From positions 11,321 to 75,320 of IMG/VR virus record IMGVR_UViG_3300010355_001062: DNA of 64,000 bases. One strand, 5' to 3'. Shown here piece after piece: positions 1 through 9,450 of the stretch; within the stretch, counting starts at the first letter, position 1, and every line of letters starts with the position of its first letter. The stretch comes from a virus. Taxonomy: Duplodnaviria > Caudoviricetes. The translations under genes were made by a program, and so were the position numbers. A model generated the notes under the pieces. It searched no databases and was not told the origin of the DNA. It was given only the letters and a program-made list of their open reading frames with translations.

Positions 1-107
1 TAAGTGCTAAATAGCTAACCATATTCTAGCGACATTTTTACTACGTGCTGGTCGCACATATAAGACGCCGCTAGTTCTGGGTCATAATCAAGTACAAATA
101 TATTCAT
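1..107 (-). pseudogene. 5' part of a pyrimidine-dimer DNA glycosylase-like gene with an in-frame TAG; runs off the window
   Basis: Not in the ORF track. My translation from ATG 107: MNIFVLDYDPELAASYMCDQHVVKMSLEYG*LFST, matching the recalled family N-terminus MNIFxLDxDP..AA...CDKHVVKM.LE.AQLLST. TAG at 15-17 replaces the conserved Gln. Confidence 0.6.
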
Positions 108-141
108 ATTTTCGGATTTTTCAAAATTATTTTTCAATCCC

Positions 142-175
142 TAAAGATATGAATATTTATCCTGAAATTCCCTAT
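142..175 (-). promoter_or_regulatory. Bacteroidota-type promoter variant upstream of the glycosylase-like gene
   Basis: -7 TATCTTTA at 142-149; upstream block resembles that of the 54634 promoter. Confidence 0.45.
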
Positions 176-198
176 ATCATCCTTAAAATCCCTGAAAA

Positions 199-408
199 TT
201 AAACATTTTCGGGGATTTTAAGAATCAATTTATCGTAATCTACTTGGTGCTCTTTGTATACACTTTCTATGAACTCTCGTAGTAGTTCTGGGTGATGTAG
301 CGCTATATAAGCTAGCATAGCTCCTGGCACCCAGCCTAAATCGTTTAGCCATAAAGTATAGTCATCACAAACTATAATCTGACCAGAGCTGGTTGTCCAA
401 TTTGGCAT
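199..408 (-). CDS. hypothetical protein
   Basis: 69 aa ORF whose start overlaps the helicase stop. Confidence 0.6.
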   Translation of the reverse strand: MPNWTTSSGQIIVCDDYTLWLNDLGWVPGAMLAYIALHHPELLREFIESVYKEHQVDYDKLILKIPENV

Positions 409-1763
409 TATACTACCATTATAACATCTTGCGATGCTCTAGTAACAGCTGTGTATAACCAACGCCTTTTCTCATCGTAGCCCCAGTTAGCATCGCTAAC
501 TTGTAGTAGATTATTCAATAATACTATGGACTTATTATAAGTCGAACCTTGTGCTTTATGGCACGTGGTAGCATAATTGTAACCGACTTGAGCAAAAGTG
601 CTCAATAGCCTTTTATAATTAGCTGCTGCTGCCGAATACGCCGGAGTGCCTTTACGATGTTGTGTTTGCATACTCTTAAAATAAGTAAGCAACATATCGT
701 AATCAGCTTGCGAGTCCTCATGCAATATGCGAATATCGACTTCGGTTTCCTGATCTATGAGTAGAGCATGCGCATTATAAACTTTGAACCTAATCTGATC
801 AGTCAGATCATAGTTCTCTACAGTATACGATAGAATTTTAATCTGATCGTTATTGCCCAGTACTACATTATCATCCACTACGTGCCTGCCATTCGCTATA
901 AGATTCTCACCATATAAAATCTTAGATTCGTGCACGGAATCGCCGTATATGTAGCTACGTAATGTATCATTCATTTTACTGGTCATATTCACAGTAGCAC
1001 ATATGACACGCGCAAAGTTAGTGTTATCCCTATATTCACGGCTAGAAAAAATATCTAGCAGGCATTCTCTGAACCATGTACGTTCATCACTAATAGCTGA
1101 ATCAGCTAAATATGTGCCGTGCCCTTCGTGCAGATTAAGCACGAATTTATCAGGCACACTAAAATCAGTCAGTAGATGCGAAGCTAGCTGTATAATCGGT
1201 GATAACTTACCTTGCCTGACTATCTCGGTCAAACGTACACCTTTTATATCATCGGATTCGTAGAATACATTAGCTTGTTGCCCTTTAGGTGGCAGTAGTT
1301 GTTCTACGTCACCAATAAATACAAATTTACATTTACCTTGGTGCTCTATAAGAGAGCTAAACATATCATTATTAAGCATACTGCTCTCGTCGAAGAAAAT
1401 AGCATCATAGTATTTGATAGCTACATCAGCTGCTTTTATGAAATCTGGCTCAAATTCGTTTTCGTTGTCTCTCAAGCCTAGTAAGCTGTGTACAGTACGG
1501 AAGCCTGAAATAGGAGCATCTCCAAGCTTAGCTTTGAGCACGTTTATAGCTTTTCCGGTAGGAGCGCTTATGCATATTTTCATACGCTGCGCCATACCTC
1601 TAGCTATATCAGTAGTTATGAGTGTTTTTCCAGTACCAGCAGGGCCTGTAATCCATACCCAGTTTAGCTTTAATTTACCCATTAGATAACTGCGTACCAG
1701 CGTATGTGCTTCTTGCTGGCCTGCAGTATAACTAATAACGGGCTGTGTAGTAGAATTAGCCAT
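408..1763 (-). CDS. dda: Dda/RecD2-like SF1B DNA helicase
   Basis: Walker A GPAGTGKT, APTGKA, FFDESSM, GDVEQLLP, IVRQ, TCHKAQGSTY, LYTAVTRA. Confidence 0.9.
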   Translation of the reverse strand: MANSTTQPVISYTAGQQEAHTLVRSYLMGKLKLNWVWITGPAGTGKTLITTDIARGMAQRMKICISAPTGKAINVLKAKLGDAPISGFRTVHSLLGLRDNENEFEPDFIKAADVAIKYYDAIFFDESSMLNNDMFSSLIEHQGKCKFVFIGDVEQLLPPKGQQANVFYESDDIKGVRLTEIVRQGKLSPIIQLASHLLTDFSVPDKFVLNLHEGHGTYLADSAISDERTWFRECLLDIFSSREYRDNTNFARVICATVNMTSKMNDTLRSYIYGDSVHESKILYGENLIANGRHVVDDNVVLGNNDQIKILSYTVENYDLTDQIRFKVYNAHALLIDQETEVDIRILHEDSQADYDMLLTYFKSMQTQHRKGTPAYSAAAANYKRLLSTFAQVGYNYATTCHKAQGSTYNKSIVLLNNLLQVSDANWGYDEKRRWLYTAVTRASQDVIMVV

Positions 1764-2097
1764 TTTTACTCAGTTGTGTTAGTTGGTGTAATGTATAGTT
1801 AGCTATCTGAGCATCCAATTCGACGCCCATTATCTCAGCGAATTCCAAATGATCAGCGATTTGCGACTCGTCGCTTATTGCTTCATTCTCACACAGCTCA
1901 TGATGATGTCTACATAAAGCCATCAGCTTTTCTGGTATGTCTAATAGCTTAGAGCCACCTGAGCCTCTACCGCCTATATGGTGTATATCCTGAGCTTGTC
2001 TTTCCACCTCCGATAAGAAACATATTTCGCATATAGGTGCTACAGTGGTATCGCCGTCGTAAAAATGGTCAAAATATACTTTAGTGTGGTTTTTCAT
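1756..2097 (-). CDS. small HNH-like zinc-binding nuclease
   Basis: CEIC...DIHHIGGRG...LMALCRHHH. Confidence 0.65.
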   Translation of the reverse strand: MKNHTKVYFDHFYDGDTTVAPICEICFLSEVERQAQDIHHIGGRGSGGSKLLDIPEKLMALCRHHHELCENEAISDESQIADHLEFAEIMGVELDAQIANYTLHQLTQLSKNG

Positions 2098-3878
2098 TTC
2101 ATCACAGTTTGCTTGTTAACTAATTCGAAAGTATATGTCTTGGAATTCGGAAATTCACCAAGTTGTTGATCGATAATAAATATAGCCCTATCCTTGGATA
2201 ACACAGGCATTAACTCCATTATAGCCATACACGCATCCTCGTCTAGCCCTAAGAATGGTTCGTCGATTAGCATTAGAGGCCATCTGCCATCTGCTATCAA
2301 GTCGAATAAACCCAATTGTAGCGTTAGCTGGACTCTAGTTACTTGCCCTTGTGATAAATCACCGTAAGGTATAATAACTCCATCTGCTCTAGCTATAATC
2401 AATTCAGTTTTAGTACGTGTAGCTTCTGCATCGATAGTGAATCTTACAGCCAAGCCAAATAGTTTGGAATAGCGGTCAAGAGCTTTATTTAGTTTGACAA
2501 ATAGAGCCTTAGTAACATGGGCTTTAATTCCATTCGGCCCTAGAGCATCAGTATACCAAAAATTGGCTAACTCGAATTCCTCATTTAATGAAAGTATATT
2601 TGACTCTAGCTTTTCTTTAGCTTGTATAGCCTCGTATAATTCCAGAGTAGCTTTTTCTATGTATTCCGAGTAGTCGGTAGGCTTCGCTAGTAGTTTAGCT
2701 CTATGAGCAGCTTGTGCCATCTCGAATTTTAGCTTAGCGCTATTATGAGCTTGTAATTGTTCATTATACGTACGCTCTAGTGCTTTATGCGCATCCGTCA
2801 ATTGCTTTATATGAGCGATTATACCATCTGCTCCAGCTCTAGCCAATTTATAACTATCACGCAATTGGCTCAGCTCTTCATTGAGTTCATCTATCTTAGC
2901 TAGTTTAATCTTTTCAGCTTCTTCTGCCTCCAGCAAGGCTTTATCATAAGTAGCTCGAGCTACACATAATGAATCATGGTCGAATTCCCTACCGCAAGCC
3001 GTACAACCTGTAGCTATTGGTTTTGGCTTCGTTATGGTTTCGCTCTTTATGTGTGACAATCTAGTATTACCTCTAGCTAGGTCTGTCATAAAACCCATAG
3101 CTACTTCCTCAGCTTCTTTTAACTGAATCTGCTGTAATTCCAGCGATAAAGGAGCTAGTGCTGATGGCTCTGGTAAATTACGAAGAACATGGTCGGCTTG
3201 CGTGAATAGCTTAGTAGCTTCAGCTAGTTGCTCCGCGTAAATAGCCTCTGCCTCAGCTTGTAATTTCTGATAATTACCTAAATTCGAATTAGCTGTAGTC
3301 TGGCGCTGTGTAGCTGAATTTAGCTGCGCAGTAGCGCTACTTAGTTCGGCTTTTATACGATTATAGTCTACTTGTACTTTAGCTCGTAGTGCATCAACCC
3401 AATCCAAATCGAATAATGACTTGAAAAATTCACGTCTTTCATTCTCATCATAGTCGCCCAATCGCCGAGAAGCTGATGCCATTATAATGGCATTCTGAAA
3501 TTGCATGGCAGTCATACCAAGTAGCTCAGCTATCCTGGCATTAATGTCTTTGATATATAAGCCCTCTGGTTTATAATTACCTTCGAATTCTTTCAGAAGC
3601 TCGACTGATTTAGCACCGCGTGTGAGCTGGTAGTTAGTGCCGTCGACACTGAAATGTAATGTAACTTTTACTGAATTGCCGGTTAGATTGGATTGTACTG
3701 TCCCACCTGATTTTATGGATTTATTATACAGGCAAAAATATAGAGCCTCCATCACACTGGTCTTGCCTGCTCCATTCTTTCCCCTAAATCGAATAATTCC
3801 CTTATCTGGAAAAGATATGATCTTAGGCTCGATTATAGATCGGAAATTTTCAATCCTTAGAGTATGTAGTTTTATCAT
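2094..3878 (-). CDS. sbcC: SbcC/Rad50/gp46-like SMC ATPase
   Basis: GKNGAGKT, long coiled coil with central CTAC zinc hook, LSQGQ signature, IDEPFLGLD Walker B/D-loop. Confidence 0.92.
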   Translation of the reverse strand: MIKLHTLRIENFRSIIEPKIISFPDKGIIRFRGKNGAGKTSVMEALYFCLYNKSIKSGGTVQSNLTGNSVKVTLHFSVDGTNYQLTRGAKSVELLKEFEGNYKPEGLYIKDINARIAELLGMTAMQFQNAIIMASASRRLGDYDENERREFFKSLFDLDWVDALRAKVQVDYNRIKAELSSATAQLNSATQRQTTANSNLGNYQKLQAEAEAIYAEQLAEATKLFTQADHVLRNLPEPSALAPLSLELQQIQLKEAEEVAMGFMTDLARGNTRLSHIKSETITKPKPIATGCTACGREFDHDSLCVARATYDKALLEAEEAEKIKLAKIDELNEELSQLRDSYKLARAGADGIIAHIKQLTDAHKALERTYNEQLQAHNSAKLKFEMAQAAHRAKLLAKPTDYSEYIEKATLELYEAIQAKEKLESNILSLNEEFELANFWYTDALGPNGIKAHVTKALFVKLNKALDRYSKLFGLAVRFTIDAEATRTKTELIIARADGVIIPYGDLSQGQVTRVQLTLQLGLFDLIADGRWPLMLIDEPFLGLDEDACMAIMELMPVLSKDRAIFIIDQQLGEFPNSKTYTFELVNKQTVMK

Positions 3879-4858
3879 TTGCCTATGAATTGTTGAATGT
3901 AAACAAGACGCTTATCGCTGGCTACTCCCTTCGAATACTCATCAAGTATATCCCAGATAACTGGCCTACCATATACCTGTTCTGTAGCTTCCTCTTGTGT
4001 AGTTTCAATAGCAGCTAATTGTTGTACAATGTGCGGACGCACAGTAGTGTAATTAGTGGGTATAGCCCTTAGCGAACCGTCAGCTAGCAATATGTAAATA
4101 CATTTATTCTGGCCTAAATCATCAGCAGCTAAATGACATGGGCTGCCTAATATGCGCCCTTTAATACCAATAGCTGGTTTGTGTATATGCCCACTTAAGT
4201 AGGAAATTCTTTGTGATTGTATGGCCTCACCATCGAAATCCGCTGGTAAGTTTAACGTGTTGATTGAGGGAGTTTGGTGTATAACCAAGTAGCCACGATA
4301 ATCTTCAGTAGCTTCAACTAATTCCGTTAATTCGCGTAATGTAGATGCGATAGCTGATTGCGGTTGCAACATATAAGGCACAAAACGAAAAATAGCTTTA
4401 CGAGTATATAGCTCAATATTGTCGGCTATAATAGCTAATTTAGCATGCGCCAGTAAGTTTATGGAGGAATGCTCTACTTGTGATTGGTCAATATTACGAG
4501 TACCAAGATCATGGTTACCAGTAAGGCAATAGAATTCTAATGGGTAGTTAGCCTGCAATCTGGCTACCAAAGCCAGTGTACTATCAATGGCTCTTATTGA
4601 GATAGTATAAGCTTGATCGAATAAATCGCCGGCGCAAATCATTTTGCGTATCTCCAGTTTTTCACAAGTAGCCCATAGATCAATTAATACTTTATGAGTG
4701 CGCTCCAGCATATCCTCATCGCCTTCCACTCCACGAAAAACTCCGGGCCCTATATGAAGGTCACTAAATATTAGGACTTCGGGGTTGCACTTAAAATCGT
4801 TTATGTTAATGTCAATCATATTATAAATATTGCGGAAAGCCGAATGGCAGTATACCAC
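3875..4858 (-). CDS. sbcD: SbcD/Mre11/gp47-like metallophosphoesterase nuclease
   Basis: SDLH, GDLFD, GNHD, HQ, GHIH motifs; adjacent to SbcC; true start may be ATG 4819. Confidence 0.9.
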   Translation of the reverse strand: MVYCHSAFRNIYNMIDININDFKCNPEVLIFSDLHIGPGVFRGVEGDEDMLERTHKVLIDLWATCEKLEIRKMICAGDLFDQAYTISIRAIDSTLALVARLQANYPLEFYCLTGNHDLGTRNIDQSQVEHSSINLLAHAKLAIIADNIELYTRKAIFRFVPYMLQPQSAIASTLRELTELVEATEDYRGYLVIHQTPSINTLNLPADFDGEAIQSQRISYLSGHIHKPAIGIKGRILGSPCHLAADDLGQNKCIYILLADGSLRAIPTNYTTVRPHIVQQLAAIETTQEEATEQVYGRPVIWDILDEYSKGVASDKRLVYIQQFIGK

Positions 4859-4875
4859 CCGACTTTCCGTAATTA

Positions 4876-5787
4876 CTAATTGGCAGCATCCTGTGGCGCC
4901 TCTGGGGTCTCTGTAGCCGCTGGCTGTTGGTCGACAGGCAGTTGAGCTGTAGGAGTTTCGGCGGTGCCCTCGGTCTCAGGTGCTGTGAATGGCACTTGAG
5001 TAGCTGGTGTGCGGGTTCCCTTTTCTTTGAATGGCATAGGTCTTGGGTCAAATCCACCAACCATTTCATCCACTTGAACCATGAACATGGATTTCCAAGC
5101 CGTGGGCAATGGAACGCCTTCGTCAGGTTTAACGGTCACCCAAAGCCCTTGGTGGTTCTTCTCGAACCGGGCAGTAACAGTGCCTTGGAAGGTGGATGCA
5201 CCACCCAAAAGGGCTTTCTGGCCGGGTGAGGCTTCAACGGTTACTTTGGAACCCTCGCCTGGAATCAAGGAATAGGACTTGCTGGTTTCATCCCAATTGG
5301 CTGTGGAGTCCATGACTACTTTGGCAGCCTCGCCTTCGCCTTCGATAAGCTTTTTGGGAGCACCGTGCTTGCGCACAACTTCTTTCTTGGCTTTTGGCTC
5401 TTTTGGAGCTTTCGGTGCCTTTGGTTCCTTCGGAGCTTTTGGCTCTTTAGTGGCCTTTTCCTTGGTGGCCTTGGGTAGTTTAGCACCGGCTTTTGGCGCA
5501 TTGGCCTCAGCTTTTACGTGAGCCACGTAAGCCTGGACTTCCTCAGGAGCCCGCTTTACGTATTCATCCAACAGGGACTTGCCACGATCAAATTCGATGA
5601 CCAATCGGCAGACTGCCGCAACCGCGACGCTCTCGTCGAATTTCGCTGCGTTACCGTTAGTGCCGTCGGCACTGGTCATCATTAATTGCATGACCGTCAT
5701 GCCGGCCACATTTGCTGCGAGCACTTCTGGTGTAGCCGTACCACCATCCGCTTCAGCGACCCAGTTCTTAATCAAAGGCTTTTCCAT
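4876..5787 (-). CDS. Lys/Pro/Ala/Glu-repeat protein, possibly DNA-binding (histone H1-like linker)
   Basis: KATKE/PKAPKE repeats, GC-richer codons, own promoter; function inferred. Confidence 0.6.
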   Translation of the reverse strand: MEKPLIKNWVAEADGGTATPEVLAANVAGMTVMQLMMTSADGTNGNAAKFDESVAVAAVCRLVIEFDRGKSLLDEYVKRAPEEVQAYVAHVKAEANAPKAGAKLPKATKEKATKEPKAPKEPKAPKAPKEPKAKKEVVRKHGAPKKLIEGEGEAAKVVMDSTANWDETSKSYSLIPGEGSKVTVEASPGQKALLGGASTFQGTVTARFEKNHQGLWVTVKPDEGVPLPTAWKSMFMVQVDEMVGGFDPRPMPFKEKGTRTPATQVPFTAPETEGTAETPTAQLPVDQQPAATETPEAPQDAAN

Positions 5788-5841
5788 CTTCTTTTAGATT
5801 TTGGTTTAAAAAATCAATATGATCTAAATCATTTCGGAATT

Positions 5842-5873
5842 CAAATTTAAGATAATAAAATAAGAATTCCAAA
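5842..5873 (-). promoter_or_regulatory. Bacteroidota sigma-A type promoter
   Basis: TTTG-N20-TAAATTTG on minus strand. Confidence 0.7.
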
Positions 5874-5891
5874 TAAAACGGGCAATTATTT

Positions 5892-6734
5892 TCAGAAATA
5901 TCGAATTTCTTTTAAGCCGGACAAATTTTCCTTATTATCAAGCATCCATTGTTTAGCTTGAGCGTAAGGAGCCGGGCAGAACATGTTATAAATAACCTCA
6001 CTGTAGCCCGTGAGCAGATAATTATCGAATAGGTAATTATAGGCCGAACTAGGTAAGTTATTGTATACGCAAATACAGTTCAATACATCATCCACAATAC
6101 CGGTACGTAAAAAGTGTTCTTTGGTTTCAGTGTCAATCTCTTTTATACACGCACTGAATCGCTGGAATTGCGATTCATTATATACTGGAGGCACGTTATC
6201 ACCTGGACAACCTAGAAAAGCTTTCTTCACATTAGCCTTAACGGCTATGTCAATAGCTATTGAGTGATCATTAGGTAACCTGTATTCCTTCCTATCAGAA
6301 TATTTCAGCCAGCTATGGCCATGCCCACGTACCATAGCTTCGAAATCGCCATCATTGCTTACTAATCGAGCTATAGCATAATGGCTAGTCAATATGTAAG
6401 CTAAATCATCGGCTTCTAAGCCTTCGATACCGAAAGTGAGAAAAGCACCAGCCAACCTTTCCTCAGTCTCCGGCCGTATTTCCATGTATTTTTCGTTACC
6501 CACTCTGCCATTTTTATAGCTAGGGCTTAAAGCCTTTCTCCAAGCACGTCCCTTATCCATCACTAGCACTGTAGCATGTTTATTGGATTGTGTCTTAGAG
6601 CTTAGCTCCAGTGCTTTAACTGCCTCAATGACTTTATTAGCTAGTTGCTCTGCTGTTATGTCTTCTTGTGCAGTGTATTTACTGATCACATAGTAGTTAG
6701 CTAGAGTGACGATAGAGTTATCTATTATTAACAT
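5892..6734 (-). CDS. 5'-3' exonuclease / FEN-RNase H-like
   Basis: MDKGRAWRK..SPSYKNGR, EADDL, SNDGDF, LGCPGDNVP. Confidence 0.88.
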   Translation of the reverse strand: MLIIDNSIVTLANYYVISKYTAQEDITAEQLANKVIEAVKALELSSKTQSNKHATVLVMDKGRAWRKALSPSYKNGRVGNEKYMEIRPETEERLAGAFLTFGIEGLEADDLAYILTSHYAIARLVSNDGDFEAMVRGHGHSWLKYSDRKEYRLPNDHSIAIDIAVKANVKKAFLGCPGDNVPPVYNESQFQRFSACIKEIDTETKEHFLRTGIVDDVLNCICVYNNLPSSAYNYLFDNYLLTGYSEVIYNMFCPAPYAQAKQWMLDNKENLSGLKEIRYF

Positions 6735-7653
6735 TGTGTAGTTGTTTTTGTCTTAGAAAATTAGTTAGTTTCTGATCTACGATCTCGCTTTTGTAGTAAA
6801 ACACTCTAGCGAATTCTGGGCCTCCTAGCTCTAGCAATTCGCATATGCAAAGTAAGTATTTGAATACATCTATGGCTTCTTCTACTGCATGATTCCTATC
6901 GATAGTAGCAGGCCCTGGCTGATGTAGTTTATACTTCGTAGCCCTTAGTAGCTCGAAAGTCTCGTCGGTTAACGCAAGTATATATTCGTGCACGCGCTTA
7001 ATCTTAGCTGATTTGCTCATGCGCTTCACATCGTAGATGCGTGAATTAAAAGCGCTTTGTACTTGCATAAATTTCGCTAAGTCAATAGCGGGTTGTACAT
7101 CTGGAGTTATCAAGCGCTCACAAGCTGTCATAACTCCTTGTAATGAATCTTGCGGTGCAATCAAGCGATAGCTAGCAAAACACTTAGCTTCGTCTAGCAT
7201 CGACTTACGTAAGCTATAGAAAGCTTCCTCTGAATAGGTAAGGCCATTTTTCTCGGCTGCGCCACGTTCGATATAAAGGTCGTACGTATTATCCAGAATT
7301 AATAATGTATAATCAAGTGCCTTAAGTCGACTACGCAAATCTTCTGGCGGGATTATCATAGCCTCCAAGCCTATATTCTTTTGGCGAATAGGGCCGTATA
7401 CCAATTCAGTAAATGGCGAACGATCGCATAGAATAATAGCATCCTCAGGCATGTTATCAACAAAACCGTAGAAAGCCTCCACACATCCAGCATAAAAATA
7501 TGCTATATGCTCTCTAGCATATTCAGGTATATTATCCTTCATCGAATATAAGAAAGCATTATAGCCTTGTTGCTTTAGCTTAGTGGTAAGCAACGCAGCT
7601 ACAGTTGTTTTACCAGTTCTGGGTAAGCCGTCAAATAGGATTACTTTTTTCAT
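6718..7653 (-). CDS. dNMP/thymidylate kinase fused to an all-alpha (MazG/dimeric dUTPase/dCTPase-like) NTP pyrophosphatase
   Basis: N-terminal DGLPRTGKTT and DRSPFTELVYG; C-terminal DETFEL...EEAIDVFKYL (ExxE...ExxD). Confidence 0.8.
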   Translation of the reverse strand: MKKVILFDGLPRTGKTTVAALLTTKLKQQGYNAFLYSMKDNIPEYAREHIAYFYAGCVEAFYGFVDNMPEDAIILCDRSPFTELVYGPIRQKNIGLEAMIIPPEDLRSRLKALDYTLLILDNTYDLYIERGAAEKNGLTYSEEAFYSLRKSMLDEAKCFASYRLIAPQDSLQGVMTACERLITPDVQPAIDLAKFMQVQSAFNSRIYDVKRMSKSAKIKRVHEYILALTDETFELLRATKYKLHQPGPATIDRNHAVEEAIDVFKYLLCICELLELGGPEFARVFYYKSEIVDQKLTNFLRQKQLHNVNNR

Positions 7654-8744
7654 GTGTTAAGTGCTTTTAATAGAGCGCTCTCCAGCTCTGTATGATCATT
7701 TATTATCCATTCGTGATCCGGTATTTCGTCATTCGGTACTGTAATTATAGTATTACCGTAGTCTAGCGCTTCGTAACAAGTGTAGTGTAGGCAATGATGC
7801 ATAGGTTCTAGTAATGGTATTATACAACCGGCCCCATACTGTAATAGGCTATGATAAGTAGCCTTATCCGAACTATAGATGGTGTTGCCAATGCTAACGC
7901 CATTGGAATCGTGCAATACGTACGGTGAGTATACTTTATAGCCTTGCTTTAGTAGACCATGTAGCACATTAGCTATTATAGGTACTTTATAAGGCTCATG
8001 CGATGGTTTCCAAGGTACTAATATAAAAGGAGCTGTAATGTGCTTGGGTTTTGCCATAACAGGGGCTATACCGCGTACCAAAAGATCACCTGATTTATAA
8101 CCCTTGGTTATTCTACTAGCTTCTGGGTATAGAGCTAATTGGTCTAAAGTACCAACCAGCATTGGTATATTGTTATAGAGCTCCCCATCTATGTATTTCA
8201 TTTTACGATATGACTCTATAGTGCACTCCGCGCCAGCTATAGCATAAGCAAGATATACTATGTCGATATTTTTGTATGCTTTTATTGCATCTAATAGCGA
8301 CAATGCTGCTTTCTGTGGAGCAATATAGATAGTATTGAAGTAACGTAATATAGTGTGTATTTTGCACATATCGTTGATATGTAGAGAGCGTGTATGGCGT
8401 GGGTCTTCGCCATAGGTCATAAATAAATACACTATATTTATACCACGTGCCCACATGTTTTCCTGAATGCTTGCAAGATAGCCTAAACCGGCTGTGGTAA
8501 GTTTCTCGGGTACAGCTATACAATATAATGTATCATTGTCGGCTATAGTTTGTATAAACCCAAGCACTGTCAGTAAATTACCATCACGCTCTATATTATA
8601 AAAGCCGTCGCTCCTATAGCCATAAACAGGTATGAATAAGCTCTTTTGTGCAAAATTACCGTGAACTCTGTCATAGCTATTTAGTAATAAGCTTGGAGTT
8701 AATGCCCAGTATAATCCACTTATTTTATCAGAGTAAGCTAGCAT
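7650..8744 (-). CDS. putative DNA glycosyltransferase (GT-B-like)
   Basis: LFIPVYGYRSDGFYNIERDGN, YGEDPRHTR, ILVPWKPSHEPY, IIPLLE...YEALDY resemble, from memory, an RB69/Mosigvirus-type protein from the cytosine arabinosylation locus; unverified. Confidence 0.55.
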   Translation of the reverse strand: MLAYSDKISGLYWALTPSLLLNSYDRVHGNFAQKSLFIPVYGYRSDGFYNIERDGNLLTVLGFIQTIADNDTLYCIAVPEKLTTAGLGYLASIQENMWARGINIVYLFMTYGEDPRHTRSLHINDMCKIHTILRYFNTIYIAPQKAALSLLDAIKAYKNIDIVYLAYAIAGAECTIESYRKMKYIDGELYNNIPMLVGTLDQLALYPEASRITKGYKSGDLLVRGIAPVMAKPKHITAPFILVPWKPSHEPYKVPIIANVLHGLLKQGYKVYSPYVLHDSNGVSIGNTIYSSDKATYHSLLQYGAGCIIPLLEPMHHCLHYTCYEALDYGNTIITVPNDEIPDHEWIINDHTELESALLKALNT

Positions 8745-9450
8745 GCTTTGTCATTACTACGATGAATGTTTTATATTTGTCGTCTCGCTCTATGATTCGG
8801 AAGTCCCACCCTTTCTTTATGGCTATATTCTCAGCAGTATACACATTCATGTAATCGATGAAGCCATCACGAGCTGCATCATCGCAGTGGTACTCCATCA
8901 TCACAAACTCAAGTTGTGAAGCTAGGAGCTCGTCGAAAAAAGTATGCTCAGCTCCCTCGACATCAATCTTTGCACACTTAGCGTTAGTCATATTCATGAC
9001 ATAGCTGAATTGTAATGCTTTGATAGGTAGCCGAGTCACGGAATGTGTATCGCTTAAACCCGGTGCCAGTGTGTGCCTACCTGAATTGGTGCCGAGATTA
9101 CCATATAATATAAATTGCTCCAGATTATTAGGCCCTACGATTGCATAATTCAATGGCACTATATCGTCGTAATACGCTGTATTCTTCGACAATAGCGCAA
9201 AATTGAATGGCTCTGGCTCGAAAGTATAAATGCGCGAAGCACCTCGTCTATGTATTTTAATAGAGGAGCTACCTACATGCCCACCTATATCTAACCAGAT
9301 AGGTTGTATAAATTGGCTCTCACTGCCTTCGTGGCTAACCATGCTTTTAGCTAAGTACTCTTTATAAAGAGTATCTAGTATATTATCGTATGCTTTCTCA
9401 GCTACCACGAAAGCATCGGCTTTATGTTCTCTTATTAACCTCACTAGCAT
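8728..9450 (-). CDS. FkbM-family SAM-dependent methyltransferase
   Basis: WLDIGGHVG, YTFEPEPFNF, KIDVEGAE. Confidence 0.9.
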   Translation of the reverse strand: MLVRLIREHKADAFVVAEKAYDNILDTLYKEYLAKSMVSHEGSESQFIQPIWLDIGGHVGSSSIKIHRRGASRIYTFEPEPFNFALLSKNTAYYDDIVPLNYAIVGPNNLEQFILYGNLGTNSGRHTLAPGLSDTHSVTRLPIKALQFSYVMNMTNAKCAKIDVEGAEHTFFDELLASQLEFVMMEYHCDDAARDGFIDYMNVYTAENIAIKKGWDFRIIERDDKYKTFIVVMTKHASLL

